Shown here one piece after another: positions 37,101 to 48,643 of a stretch of 53,524 nucleotides of DNA. The notes beneath the pieces were generated by a model. The model searched no databases and was not told the DNA's origin. It saw nothing but the letters and a program-made list of their open reading frames with translations. Position numbers and translations under genes: made by a program. The DNA lies in the NCBI RefSeq assembly GCF_000315625.1, contig NW_005434642.1, forward strand, positions 647,744-701,267, read 5' to 3'. How positions within the stretch are numbered: position 1 is the stretch's first letter; each line of letters opens with the position of its first letter. The stretch is from Guillardia theta CCMP2712. Its lineage: Eukaryota > Protista > Cryptophyta.

Positions 37101-38868
37101 GCAGACGGTAACGTTTTCTGGCCAAGATCTTCCAACGATCTCTTTCACGAGGTAGACGACTGGTTCAAATAGCATGCTTGCTCATGACACGCTGTCTAGT
37201 TTGAATGCCACAACACCGGCAAGCTCCTTGCGCAGCTGCAGAACCGTTGGAACTCTCATTCTCCTCTCTTCCACAACGCGACCTGCATGTAAGTTCACAA
37301 CTATGACGAACTCTGTGATGATTGATGCTCCAATATCAGATCTCCGCGAGGCTCTTGGCAGCAACACGATGGTGAAACCACGTTTCCTCTGGCTATGTAC
37401 GTCAACGACCGCCCTCTCTACTTTGCAGAGGTGACAGTACGATTCTCTTTCATACCGGCGCTCCTCTTAAAGTGCTTCTCCTCCCCTGTCCTTCCTTCTT
37501 ATGTCAGCGTTGTCTGACTGCTACAGCAGGTCATCCGCAGCCTTCAGGCCGCCAGAAGCGTCTCAACCATCAAGCTGCTCGTCGTCTCTCTTGACTCAGT
37601 TCGCCAGGACATGATCGAGCTAGTTCTCAACATGTTGGCATACCACCTTTGCTCTTTCTGCTCTTACTTATTCATAGAGATTTCCTTACTGTTCGTCTCC
37701 TCTTCCATCCAGTCCGCGAAGATCTGCTCAGCATGAGCCCGGTGACTCTGAGTTCTCAAATGCAGCTAGGCACTACGTTTCCTGTCTACTTCTCTTTTCT
37801 TTCTCTATGTTCCATTGGCTCATTGCATGCAAGCTTTCTTTGCGTTTGCTCCTTCTCTTTCTGTGCTGTGAGAATCTTCCAGGTTCTGGCGATTAAGAGT
37901 CACTGGTGGTGGCTGCAGCACATGATATGGAATGAAGTAGAGGAGCTGAGGTGATGGCAGAGGGGACGAGGATCGGCAGAGGGGCGAGGAGGAGGCGATG
38001 AGAACAAGTGATGACGCAGGTCGTATGATGGGAACATTGCTTTGCTCGAGGAGGATCATGTTGTGACCCCGGACTACGTTGAGCTCATGCGTATGCCATG
38101 TTGCCTAATGCTCTGCTCACTCGCGGCGTGTAGGTCTTCTCATCGCAATGCAGCAGAACGCTTGCCCGCAGTGCTGGGGGGTCTGCGTACGGCATGGGTG
38201 TGCGAGCGAGAGGGAGAGAGACTTGTACAAGATCTGCCGGTCAGGATGCTTGCTGCTACGATATGCTTGACTGGTAAAGCAGCACCCGAGCCGTTATCAA
38301 CACGGGAATTTCTTTCAATCGATCCATCTACAACCTCATAACACAGTCAGTCTGTTACTAAGACTCGTCGGCCTCTTTGCCTCACCTTGCTCTTTATTGC
38401 AGAAGTGACTTTCTACACTTCTTGGACGGATGGGACTGGTCCATATTTCATCTCGCTCAGGTCGCTTTGAATTCCTTTCTTCCTCCTCCTCCCTCTCTTT
38501 CAATACACATTGAGACGCTCGCAGACGGGTCAAATACCCGACATGATGTTAGCACCAGCTATCTCGCGGGTTCGCAACATAGGGAGGAAGGGCTCGACAG
38601 TGAACGATATTGTCCACGAGGATCTGCTGAGACAGGAAGAGACGCACCTCCTCTCCTCCTGCCGTTCTCACATTCTATGCAGCTGAACTACACAGACGTC
38701 GGCTCCAAAGCAGACTTCCACGAGTCCTCGTTCCGGATCGACGACGCAGGTCACTGTCGCCTTCTTGACGTCTGCCTGAGACCTGCTCGCCTCTCAGCTC
38801 CTCTCCCTCACACTCCGCCAGCGTGGGAGCCGCTTTATATCGGGGGGATCGGATTTGTGTCAAGATAG
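34108..38868 (+). CDS. Secretory protein with three DUF4214-like repeats and a C-terminal MGAT2 (GT16)-like GlcNAc-transferase domain
   Basis: Signal-like N-terminus; repeats AYMRWLGRPAD..SDEY, AFLDELLREPE..SSEY, VFAEVLGRKPD..SDEF. Spliced GT motifs LYVNDRPLYF, LLVVSLD, IKSHWWWLQHMIW, LLEEDHVVTPDY, CPQC, NTGISFNR, DGWDWSI, SRVRNIG. Middle exons only partly resolved. Confidence 0.7.
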
Positions 38869-39173
38869 CGCGGCTCTCCCCTTCCCCTCCCTCGTCCCTC
38901 CCCTTCTTTCTCCCCCCTCTCGCTCTTCCCTGGGGTCTGTAAAAGAGAAAAAACTTCACTCATCAGGCCTCAGTCGGGGCCAAGAAAGCCTGAGGGGGGG
39001 GTGGGGGCGAGAGCAGGGATACGAGGAAGGGAGGACGACGAGACGACGAGATGATGGTAGGAGGAGAAGGGAGACAAGGCAAGAAGAGACAAGAAGACAA
39101 GGCATAGGACTCACTCGGTTGACTCCGAGCCCAAGGACCAACCCGACATGAGAGCACATTGAGCGAGCAGCCA

Positions 39174-42100
39174 ATGAGCATGAGGCAGTCGACCTCAAGC
39201 CTGTTGCTCTTCCGAGGGGGCGTCTCGAGGGCATGCCGTCGTCCCTGTGGCATGGCAATGCTTCTCCTCCTCGCCTTCGCCCTCCCCCGCTGCGAGCTCA
39301 CCCATTCTTTGACATCACCGGCCAATAGCGACGAGACGTGCGCCCATGGCTCCGCCGCTTGCGGGCCAGACGGCAAGTGCGTTTGCATCCCTGCGGCTCG
39401 AGCGAAGACAGGAAAGGACCTAGAACCCCAAGGTGAGGAGGAGAGAGTGTAGTTGGGGGCCGAGGAGCGGAGGAGCGGAGGAGAGGAGGAGCAGGCGAGC
39501 ATTTACTAGGTTGCGTAGGATGGATCTCAGCAGCAAAGAACAAGCTGGTGGGATACGCCGTACATCAGGGCCGGCGGGTGACACAGGAGGACTATGTGAG
39601 CGTTCACAGGCTCAGCACTTGTAGGGAAGGAACAAGGAAGAAAGCAGGTCAGCGCTTGCGCTTCGATCCTCGCTCCCTGAACTTCTTTAGACCAATGCAG
39701 GGATGTGCTCTTCGTCGCTGTATTTGATGGTCATGGAGGGAAAACAGCAGCAGAGAAAGCAAGCACAAGGTGATGGTGGTGGTGGTGATGAGGATGAGGA
39801 TGAAGATGAGGATGAGGATGAGGATGAGGATGATGAGGATGATTACAGTCGTGGGGATGGTACTGGAAATAAGATTCGATCAGGCTGTACAAGCTGGTGA
39901 AAGCACAGGATTCTTTCTATCGGGATAATTTTGAGCTCGCGTTGAAGACGGTGAACTGATGCTGCAGGACTTCTCTAAGTCTTGTGATGATGGTTGATTA
40001 TCACAGGCCATGGAAGAGTTTAATGCGTGGTTCCTCGACTACTCGATTGCCAACAACAGGACTGATGGAGCGACAACTGTGGTTGGACTAATCGACGAGA
40101 AGAATGTAACAACAGCCAATAAGATTTGTTTGATTTGATCTCCTTGATCTGAGCACACTCAGATTCATTTCATTTCATTTCATTTCATTTCATTTCCACG
40201 TCATGGAAACATGTTCTTCTCTTTCTTTCTGGTTTCTCACATGCTTTTTCTTCAGGTCACGCTTGCTGTCGTTGGTGACTGCAGAGCTGCCATGTTGCGA
40301 ACAGCCACCGACGCGTCTCCGCATGGAGCGATGCTCACGGTCTTGCACCGACCGCATCATGCAGCTGAGAAGAGTCGCATCGAGGCAGCTGGAGGCTCAG
40401 TTGAGCTCCTACGTGGGCACTGGCGGATGCTTCCTGGTGAGCTGGCAGTGAGCAGAGCGATTGGAGATGTCAACCTGAAGCGCTACTTGTCACATACGCC
40501 CGACGTCCTCACGGTAAATTATTGTTGTCTGTTCCCTTCTATCCTCCTCTCTCTTCGCGGTGCATGCCCTTGGTTCTCCTCCATTTTTCTGGACTGTATT
40601 GTGTTGAAACTTCTCGTCTTTCGTATCATTCTCTTCTTCGCTTCCTTCCCCTTGCTGACTTTGACTCGCCGCAGGTGCAGATGTCGCGCGGTGACGAGCT
40701 GCTGGTCTTGGGGTCTGACGGACTTTGGGATGTGATGACGGCAGACGACGCGAGTGTCTTTCTGGTCCCGCGGCTTTACAGGATGAGCCAAAGTCAAGGT
40801 AAGCTACGGGTGTGGCGGCCTGGAGGAGCAGAAGCAGAAGGTGGTGGTGGTAGTGGTAGTGATGGTGGTGGTGGAGGAGGAGGAGTCTGGTGAGCTCGAT
40901 TAATGTGCTTTTAGATGGCGAGGGTAAGGAGGAGCAGCTCCATGCTGGCGTCGACCTGCACGACTTAGCGCAGGAACTAGTGGAGGAGGCGTATGCCCGT
41001 GGCAGTCATGACAAGTGAAGTAATGGTTTCACTTTTCCTACTCACCTTGCCTCTCAGCATTGCCGCTATACTTGTGGACTGTCGGAGGTTCTTCCGCGAT
41101 AGTTTTCCTTTCCACTACAAGCACGAGACGTTGCAGGAGAAAAGTAGAGGTGAGGCGTCACAGCAGCTGCTGATTTGTTGAGACGAGCATGGCAGGTCGG
41201 GGTCGAGCTGGCAAGCAGCTGACGGCAGGATGGCAGTCGTGGGTGAAGGATCACCCGGCAGCTCTCGCAAGCTTTCATCGAGTCGGACCTCACGGGCAGG
41301 TGAGCTTGAGAGGCCACTGGCCCGCCCCTGACGCAGCTTTCACCCCAGTACTCGCTCATGGATAGAATTGCCGTCATCCGCGCTCGGGACCTCTTTGTTT
41401 CTCCTAAAATGATCGGAGGGGAGAAACTGAAGGGAGGACGAGGAGCGAGGAGGGCGGAAGACGCGAAGTTTCGATCGTCTGAGCTGTGGGACCTTATCCA
41501 TGTGCGGGGTCACAGCTTTGAATTTAATTCTATTGGTGACGGCTGTCAAGGTTCCAGTTCATATCGCTGAGACGCACGAGCAAGATGCTTCGGCTCAGGT
41601 GAATCTAAACTGTCTTTGTATCCTCTTGTTCTTTTGACTTTCATTAGATCGCTCGTTTCAACCACCTGCTGGACGATCAACAGAATTCCCTTAACCACTC
41701 GGCTGACTTGCAGGTCAACAAACTCTGCTAGATTTCTCGCACTCAAATCATGCGCAGGAAACTTTCAATCTTCTCATGTCTCTTGCTCAAGCGCATGAAG
41801 CCGTTGGGGATGCTGAGGGAGCCATCAGATCGTACAAGGTCAGCATTTCAAAACAACCCCCCCCCCTCCCCCCTCCCGCTTCCCTTCGAGCTAGCCTCCG
41901 TTCCTCCCTCCCTCCCTCTCTATCGTGTTGTATACGATTCCCCTTCTCAGCCAGTGGCTTTGATCACCTTCATAGGCGGTGCTCAATATGTGCAACCGGA
42001 AAGGAGCACCACTTGCTGCTGTGCCAGCGTATGACTCTTGTTGTCATCGACTCGTTCTGCCTACTCCTCTTGTTCACGCCCTTGTCCTGATTCTCTTTAT

Positions 42101-45100
42101 TTTCCCTCCTTGCCCTCTTCGTTGTTGCTTTCTCCTCAAGCTGCTTTACCTTGTTGCTTCTTGTCTCACGTTTCTGTCTTGGGGGGCTTGCACTCACATG
42201 CTGCAGACTCGCTCGGCTGGGAGAGCTTCACCTCGCTCTTGGTGATTTCAGAGAGTCGCTGCAGGTGAAACGATGGCAGGGAGAGGAGGAAGAAAGAAGG
42301 AGTAGAGAGCATTTCAATGACACGGGGGTCTGGGAGTTCATGTGAGGGGAAAGTACAGGAGAACAAACAGGAGGAGCGTTTGAGAGAGCAAGTAACATGA
42401 CTTGTAGTGTGCGGACGAGCTGCTCAAGCTTTCAGATCACTTCATGGATGGACCAGCGCGAGTTCTTTCATGCAGACTTCTCTTCCTCCTGGAGCACCAA
42501 GCTGACATCTCCATGCACAATCGCTTGCGACGCTGTCAAGACGAAGAGCTGCAGCAACGCATCCGAGAGAAAGAGAGGAAATACAAGGCATTGTCCTCGT
42601 CCTCGTCCTCGTCCTCGTCTACGTTTCTTATTCCCGCCGCATGGACACATCCGGATCGCCTGAACTACTCGGAGGTGAGAAATGAATAGGAAAGGAAAGT
42701 AGACGAAGGAAAGTAGATGAAGGAAAGTAAATGAAGGAAAGTAGATGAAGGAAAGTAGATGAAGGAAAGCAGATGAAGGAAAGCAGATGAAGGAAAGCAG
42801 ATGAAGGAAAGCAGATGAAGGAAAGCAGATGAAGGAAAGCACAAGCAGAGAAATATGGGAGGAAGGGAAACTCAGAGGAAAGGCAGAGTGAAACCGAAGT
42901 CTCAGCCCTACTTGCTTCATTTGACACCTTGAGCCGGAGCAGTCAGGGGCTTGATGAGCCGGAGCAGTCAGGAGCTTGATGAGCCGGAGCAGTCAGGAGC
43001 TTGATTTGGTCTGATCACTCTGGTAGTTGTCTTTGCATGCACATCAACTGGGTCCTGCCGCTCACGAGAGAGGAGAAGAAGCGTCTGCGCCGCACTTCCC
43101 CATCGCTGACACTCCACAAGGATCCAAGACAGAGATCGGTGATAAAGGGACTAGTGTTGTAGGAAAGGAGAGCGGGAAGGGGAGGGGAGAGGAGAGGAGA
43201 CAAGGGAACAGAGCAAGAGGCGAGAAAAAATGGATCGGGGGTGAGGAGGAGGAGGAGGAGGAGGAGGACGAAGGAAGGAAGAAGAGTGACGGATGAGCGG
43301 AGCAGAAGGGACGGGACATCCTGTTGTGAAGCTCGTGGGGTCACTTATGACCATCGACCATGATGTGGCTTCCTTGGACGCGCAAGAGAAGATTGGGACG
43401 GGAGAGCGACCGCAAGAGCATCACTTCCGGTACGACATGAGCGACCCCATCGGCGCAGGGAAGTTTGGAGAGGTGAAAACAGGAGGAGAGAGGAGAGCAA
43501 GAGTAGAGGGGCGGGGCAAGGAAGAGGCTTATCAGTAAATCAGGTGTGGAGGGCGCGACTTCATGGGCAGCCGGAGGGAAAGGGTGACACTTTCATATTG
43601 AAACGTGAGGGTTGTCAATGACGAGGAAGGGAAATAACTTCGTTTCTTGCAGGACTCTATGTTGAGAAGGGAGAAGCAATACGTTTGTCAGGGTTGCGAG
43701 AGATTCACTTCGGCCAGCAGGTTGCTTTGCTTCCTTTTCACCGTCTCCTCTTTTCCCTTTGGTATTCCTTGCCTTTCCTCGCAGTAGCTTCTTGCTTGCT
43801 CCTTCTCTAATCATCCTGACTTTCTATCAGCTCAGAGACGTCCCTCATGTCTGCAGATTCGTCGAGTCATTCATCGAGGCGGATGAGTCTTCCAACGTTA
43901 GCGTCCCTTCCTGCCTTTCCTTGCTTGCTTGCTTGCTTTTGTACTTTGTTTTGCTTGCTTTCCTACTTTGTTTCCTTCCTTGCTTACTTTGCTTGCTTCC
44001 TCGGCTTTTGCCTTCCTATCTTGCCTTGCTCTGTTTGTCTTCTCTACTCGCTGCGTCTGTTTCTCGTTCGCTTCCTTCTCTCGCTGTCCTTTTCCCCTTC
44101 CTTGCTGTCTCTTTTGCTCGTCACACTTACTCGCCCAGCTCTTCATTTGACATGAGCACGCAGTCAACCAACAACTTATGGCTTGTCTTCTACCACGAGG
44201 GGTTTTCTCTTCGCTCTTTTCTCTATGAGGTTCTATCAAAGTGTCCTCTTCTCCTCTCATCTTCCAACAGGCGAACGCGGAAGGCGATTCCATCCGCTAC
44301 ACGGTGTCACGGATGTATGAGGAGAGCGAGAGAAGTGCAAGTCTCACAGGAGGGCGTAGGTGGAAGGACCTGCGAACGTCAAGGAGAGGAGAGGAGACTC
44401 TGCGGGAGTTGATGCGGCAGCTGCTCGAGGGCATCGCCGACTGTCATCGTCGGAATGTGACGCATCGCGATCTCAAGCCGGAGAATCTCATCCTTCACAC
44501 GCTGAGCCAGGGCGAGCAGGCGGACTCCTCCTCTCCTCTCCTCAAACTCGCTGACTTTGGCAGCGCCATTGACACCTACGCGCTGAGACATCTATACGGG
44601 AAGGAGGGTCCCTCAATCCTGGACGAGACGCTGGACTACGCGCCTCCGGAGGTCCTCTTCGGTGATGGCGTCCCCATGTCGCTCATGCGCCCCGCGAGCT
44701 ACGACATGTGGTCGGTCGGCGTCATCTTCCTCGAGATCGTCCTCGGCTCCTCCAAGGTCTTCCAAGTCGACGCCAGGACTCGCGCAATAATCGATCAGAA
44801 GCTGAGGACCTCAAGCGCGGCGGTCAGGCAGCAAGCCTATCTCTTCCGCGCCATGATCGTCTACTGCATCTACCCACCAATGCCTAGCGCCAAGAGCCAC
44901 TCCCAGCAGAGCAGGAGTGCGCTTGTGCCGTCAAAGTGCTCAGATGAGCACATGCACGAGCTGCTTCGGAGCAGAGACCCTCTCCTGCTGGGCCTCCCCA
45001 ACATCTGGGCAGTGAAGCTCGTCCGCCGACTCCTCGCATGGAACGCAGAGTCTCGCATCACCGCAGAGCGCGCGTTGCAGCATGCGTACTTCACCACAGA

Positions 45101-45197
45101 TGGGACAGGCTTTACATGCGCGTCCGTTGGGCGAGGAAAGGACACCTCGAGCGCGTGGGAGTTTGAGGACGAAGCGTTTGAAAATTGTTATGGATGA
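39174..45197 (+). CDS. Signal peptide/Cys-rich module + PP2C phosphatase + TPR-like region + Ser/Thr kinase fusion (plant At3g63330/At3g63340-like)
   Basis: PP2C: QGRRVTQED, VFDGHGG, VGDCRA, LAVSRAIGD, GSDGLWD, RGSHD. Kinase: GAGKFGEV, FILKR, SGLREIHFG, HRDLKPEN, DFGSA, YAPPEV, YDMWSVG, SRDPL..GLPNIWA. TPR-like SLAQAHEAVGDAEGAIRSYK and LARLGELHLALGDFRESLQ. Confidence 0.8.
42700..42841. repeat. 14-bp intronic minisatellite (GATGAAGGAAAG[C/T]A) ~x10
   Basis: Directly visible. Confidence 0.95.
42931..43005. repeat. 25-bp tandem repeat x3
   Basis: GAGCCGGAGCAGTCAGG(G/A)GCTTGAT repeated three times. Confidence 0.95.
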
Positions 45198-45321
45198 CCA
45201 GTGAAGAACAGAAAGTGGAAGAGGATCAGGACATTATGAGTAGGAGTTGTAAACATTATTGAATGATCCGTCTTTGCTAAAGTTGCAATTAATTCGAGTT
45301 TTTTCGCATGCTTCACTGCGT

Positions 45322-45869
45322 TCATGTCTGTCCTGGTTTTCTTTGTAATACAAACAGTGTGTAGCCCTTCTCTTTCGTCTGCACAAAGCCCGTCATGTCG
45401 TAGCGCCATCCTTGCTTTTCACTCACCGCCCCAGTGACGCCATAACGAACTTCGCCCCAGAAGGGAGCAACAAGAATCTCGAACCTTTTCGTATCAATCC
45501 TGAAGTAGGTCAAGTCGTTCTGAACAGATGGGGGTGTCAGGGAGCAAGCGCAAAACATCACTGAAGTGCCTGCGGATCGACATCTCTGACAGCTGTGCGC
45601 GCAATTGATTGCAAGACGAAGATCTGCTCCCCATATTTTTCTGCAAGCTCTTGCGGAAGACTGTACCTGCGCAAGTGCTCAACAAGCGCTCAACAACTCC
45701 CGACAATGAGCAGGGATGGTTAAAAAAGCGAACAAGAACGAAATAAGAGAAGGAGAGTAAGAAAGATGTATATCAACCTTGCAAGTTTTCCGGCATCGTC
45801 AAGAACTGCCACACCCATGACACCGCTGTGTGCTGTTATCCTCTTCAGCGCCTCCTCAATGTCGGACAT
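45322..45869 (-). CDS. DYNLRB: Dynein light chain roadblock/LC7
   Basis: Spliced: MSDIEEALKRITAHSGVMGVAVLDDAGKLARYSLPQELAEKYGEQIFVLQSIARTAVRDVDPQNDLTYFRIDTKRFEILVAP...GYTLFVLQ. Matches the LC7 pattern (VRDIDPQNDLTFLRI...EIMVAP). Confidence 0.9.
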
Positions 45870-45999
45870 CGATCGTTAGCTCTTTGCACAACCGCTCGTA
45901 CCCTCATCCCCCAACAACCCTCTAGGGTTTGCGGGCTGGTTTGCGGGCGCCGGGCCGCAGGTTTGCGGGTTTGCCGCAGTGCGGCCCGGCCAGGTTTGT

Positions 46000-46285
46000 G
46001 ACGGACTACAAGTTTGTCACAGTGTTAGACTTGTACCATGTTAAAGTAATGCAGATATCATGATTAACCTATGATGTAACAAGACAGTTTTTGCTCAAGA
46101 CTGAGTTTAATGCACACGAAACCAGAATTGAGGAGCACACTAATGATGAGAGATAGACTGTATGCTAGGATGTGAAACCCAAGCATCCAGACATGAGAGG
46201 ACCTTAGCAAGACGGCTAGAAGAGGCCCCCCCTTCGTCCGCGTGCTACATTGCCGTCTGCCACGTGTATTTTTCGTCTTGGTTCT
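46000..46285 (+). repeat. ~280-bp direct repeat, copy 1
   Basis: Near-identical to 47238-47519 apart from small indels. Confidence 0.95.
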
Positions 46286-47237
46286 GGAAGCTTCTGTTAC
46301 TAGTTAACTCGCCGCGCTATCTGGCTGGCACGGCTGGCATATGATCCATCCTCCCCCCGACTTTCTGGGAAAGTACATGGTACGTTAGAAAGCCTGGCAC
46401 ACAAACAAGAGAATGTCAGCAGATCCAAGTCAAGATACGATGATACTACGTCAAGTTCACAGTCATGCTGAGTGGGCAATCATTGAACCATTCAAGGATT
46501 GTCCATTCTGAAGAAGATTTTCATGCAGGGCTGTTAGATGTGCGGCGCAGAGATAGGGGACTCGGGAGATGCCTGGCGAGCGGATGCAATGACGAGAGAT
46601 GGAGGATAGGATAGGAGAGTCTGAAGAGAGAGAAGATAAGCGAGATAGAGAGGGAGAGAGTGTGTGCCCGCCGGCACTGATTTGAAGACCAAAAGATAAA
46701 TTTTTGAACCGTAAAGAACTTGTTGCCAGAGATCGTCGCCGCGAGATGGAACATACGGTTTCAAGGCATTTGATGATGTTGTACAGTTGTACCTTGTTCG
46801 CCGAGCCAAAAGTAGCTCCAGTTATGCATGCCACAGCCTAGCTCCATGACATGAAACTTCCGCCAGATCTCCTGGGAGTTCCATTTGATCCTACTCAAAG
46901 ATCAAGAAAAATAAGAATCGAATTCGCTCCAGGTGTGTTGCTCCAAGCAGATTTTCGACCGACCGATCTGGCTGGGGAGAGGCTTGTTTTTCCTATTCGA
47001 AGATCAATCAAACAAATCAGTTGTGGCTGGGATGAGAAGCCTAAACAACTTGCGGCTAGAGAGGCGTCGGAGCCTGATTGAAGAGAAAAAGTCATCCGAA
47101 TGTGCAAGGCTTGAAAGAGTGCATGAAATTTTCAACAGTAACGAAACAAACCGAGAAAGAAAGGCTCCAGAAACCTTGTGACTAACCGAACTGATAAGAT
47201 TAACATGATTGAGCATGTAAACGAGCGGCTCATAACC

Positions 47238-47519
47238 GACGGACTACAAGTTTGTTAGACTTGTACCATGTCAAAGTAATGCAGATATCATGATTAACCT
47301 ATGATGTAACAAGACAGTTTTTGCTCAAGACTGAGTTTAATGCACACGAAACCAGAATTGAGGAGCACATGAGAGATAGACTGTATGCTAGGATGTGAAA
47401 CCCAAGCATCCAGACATGAGAGGACCTTAGCATTGAAGACGGCCGCGCCGCAGGAGAGGCCCCCCCTTCGTCCGCGTGCTACATTGCCGTCTGCCACGTG
47501 TATTTTTCGTCTTGGTTCT
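47238..47519 (+). repeat. ~280-bp direct repeat, copy 2
   Basis: Near-identical to 46000-46285. Confidence 0.95.
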
Positions 47520-48486
47520 CATACATTTACATGTGTCCATGCTTCTTCATACGTTTGCATGTGTCCATGTTAATTGTTGCAGGTTCTGACAGAAATCCTG
47601 TGTAAACCTCAGAATGTGCTTCATAAGGGTTGGCAAGGTAAATATTACTGGGCGGCTCATCTGTAGGAAAATCTTCAAGGCTATTCAAAACTTTCCAAAC
47701 ATGAGGAGGATACGATTCATCCTAGACAAACACATGACGACAACTCTTTGGCCCGTGTTGCTTCCGGCATGTAACATGCCAAAGCCCCATTGACGGTGAA
47801 ATTCTCATCCTTGCTTGCCATGCAGTGTTGCTTGTAGAAAGAGAATGCTTGGGAGCTCAAGAGACTCTGCTCAATCATCACAATCTCATGCTCAGTTGTA
47901 CCATTCCAATCATAAATCCTCTTGGGCTGCAGTGGGACGATTTCCACCCACCCCACTTAGATTTTTGGCTAAGCAGTACCGGTACGGTATGTTGTGACAT
48001 TCTGTACGGGATTGGAAGTTCCTGGTAACAATATGTAAACATTGTGTACGTGTTTATATATTTAAAAATAAATAAAACGAAAATAATACAAATGTGTAAC
48101 TGACTCATACAAAAATAGCTATGAGAAATTTGAACAAAAATACGCTGTATTAAAAAGTAATTCAACGACCCCTCTCAAACAATCCAGGTACCACCACCCC
48201 CTCATTCGGGGGAAACCACCGGGTCATTAGTCATAACCGGTACGAGTGGGAGATCGAGAACTGACAAAAAGCCACTTTTCCTTGGTTTTTCCTGGGCGAA
48301 AGCCTACAGAATGTTCTGTAGGATTTTGGGCAGGTAGGCATATACGGTGTCTTGTAGGGTAGTCCCTGGGAATCGAGGGGTGGTTTAGGGTTTTCAGTTA
48401 TTTGTACCATGTAATTTGAGACCTTACGAAATTGATTTGAAATGTTCATTAGAATAGGTTTTATTCGTCGATAACAGTACAAAATG

Positions 48487-48643
48487 AAAAATATTTTATT
48501 TTGCTGCCTCCTTGTCCTTTACCCCTTGCTTGAAAAAAAAATATTTTATTTTGCTGCCTCCTTGTCCTTTACACCCCTCCGGTCCTTTACCCCTTGCTTG
48601 AAAAAAAAATATTTTATTTTGCTGCCTCCTTGTCCTTTACCCC
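48487..48643. repeat. ~50-bp tandem repeat x3 (AAAAATATTTTATTTTGCTGCCTCCTTGTCCTTTAC...)
   Basis: Three units visible; partial echo TTTTGCTGCCTCCTT at ~49902. Confidence 0.9.
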
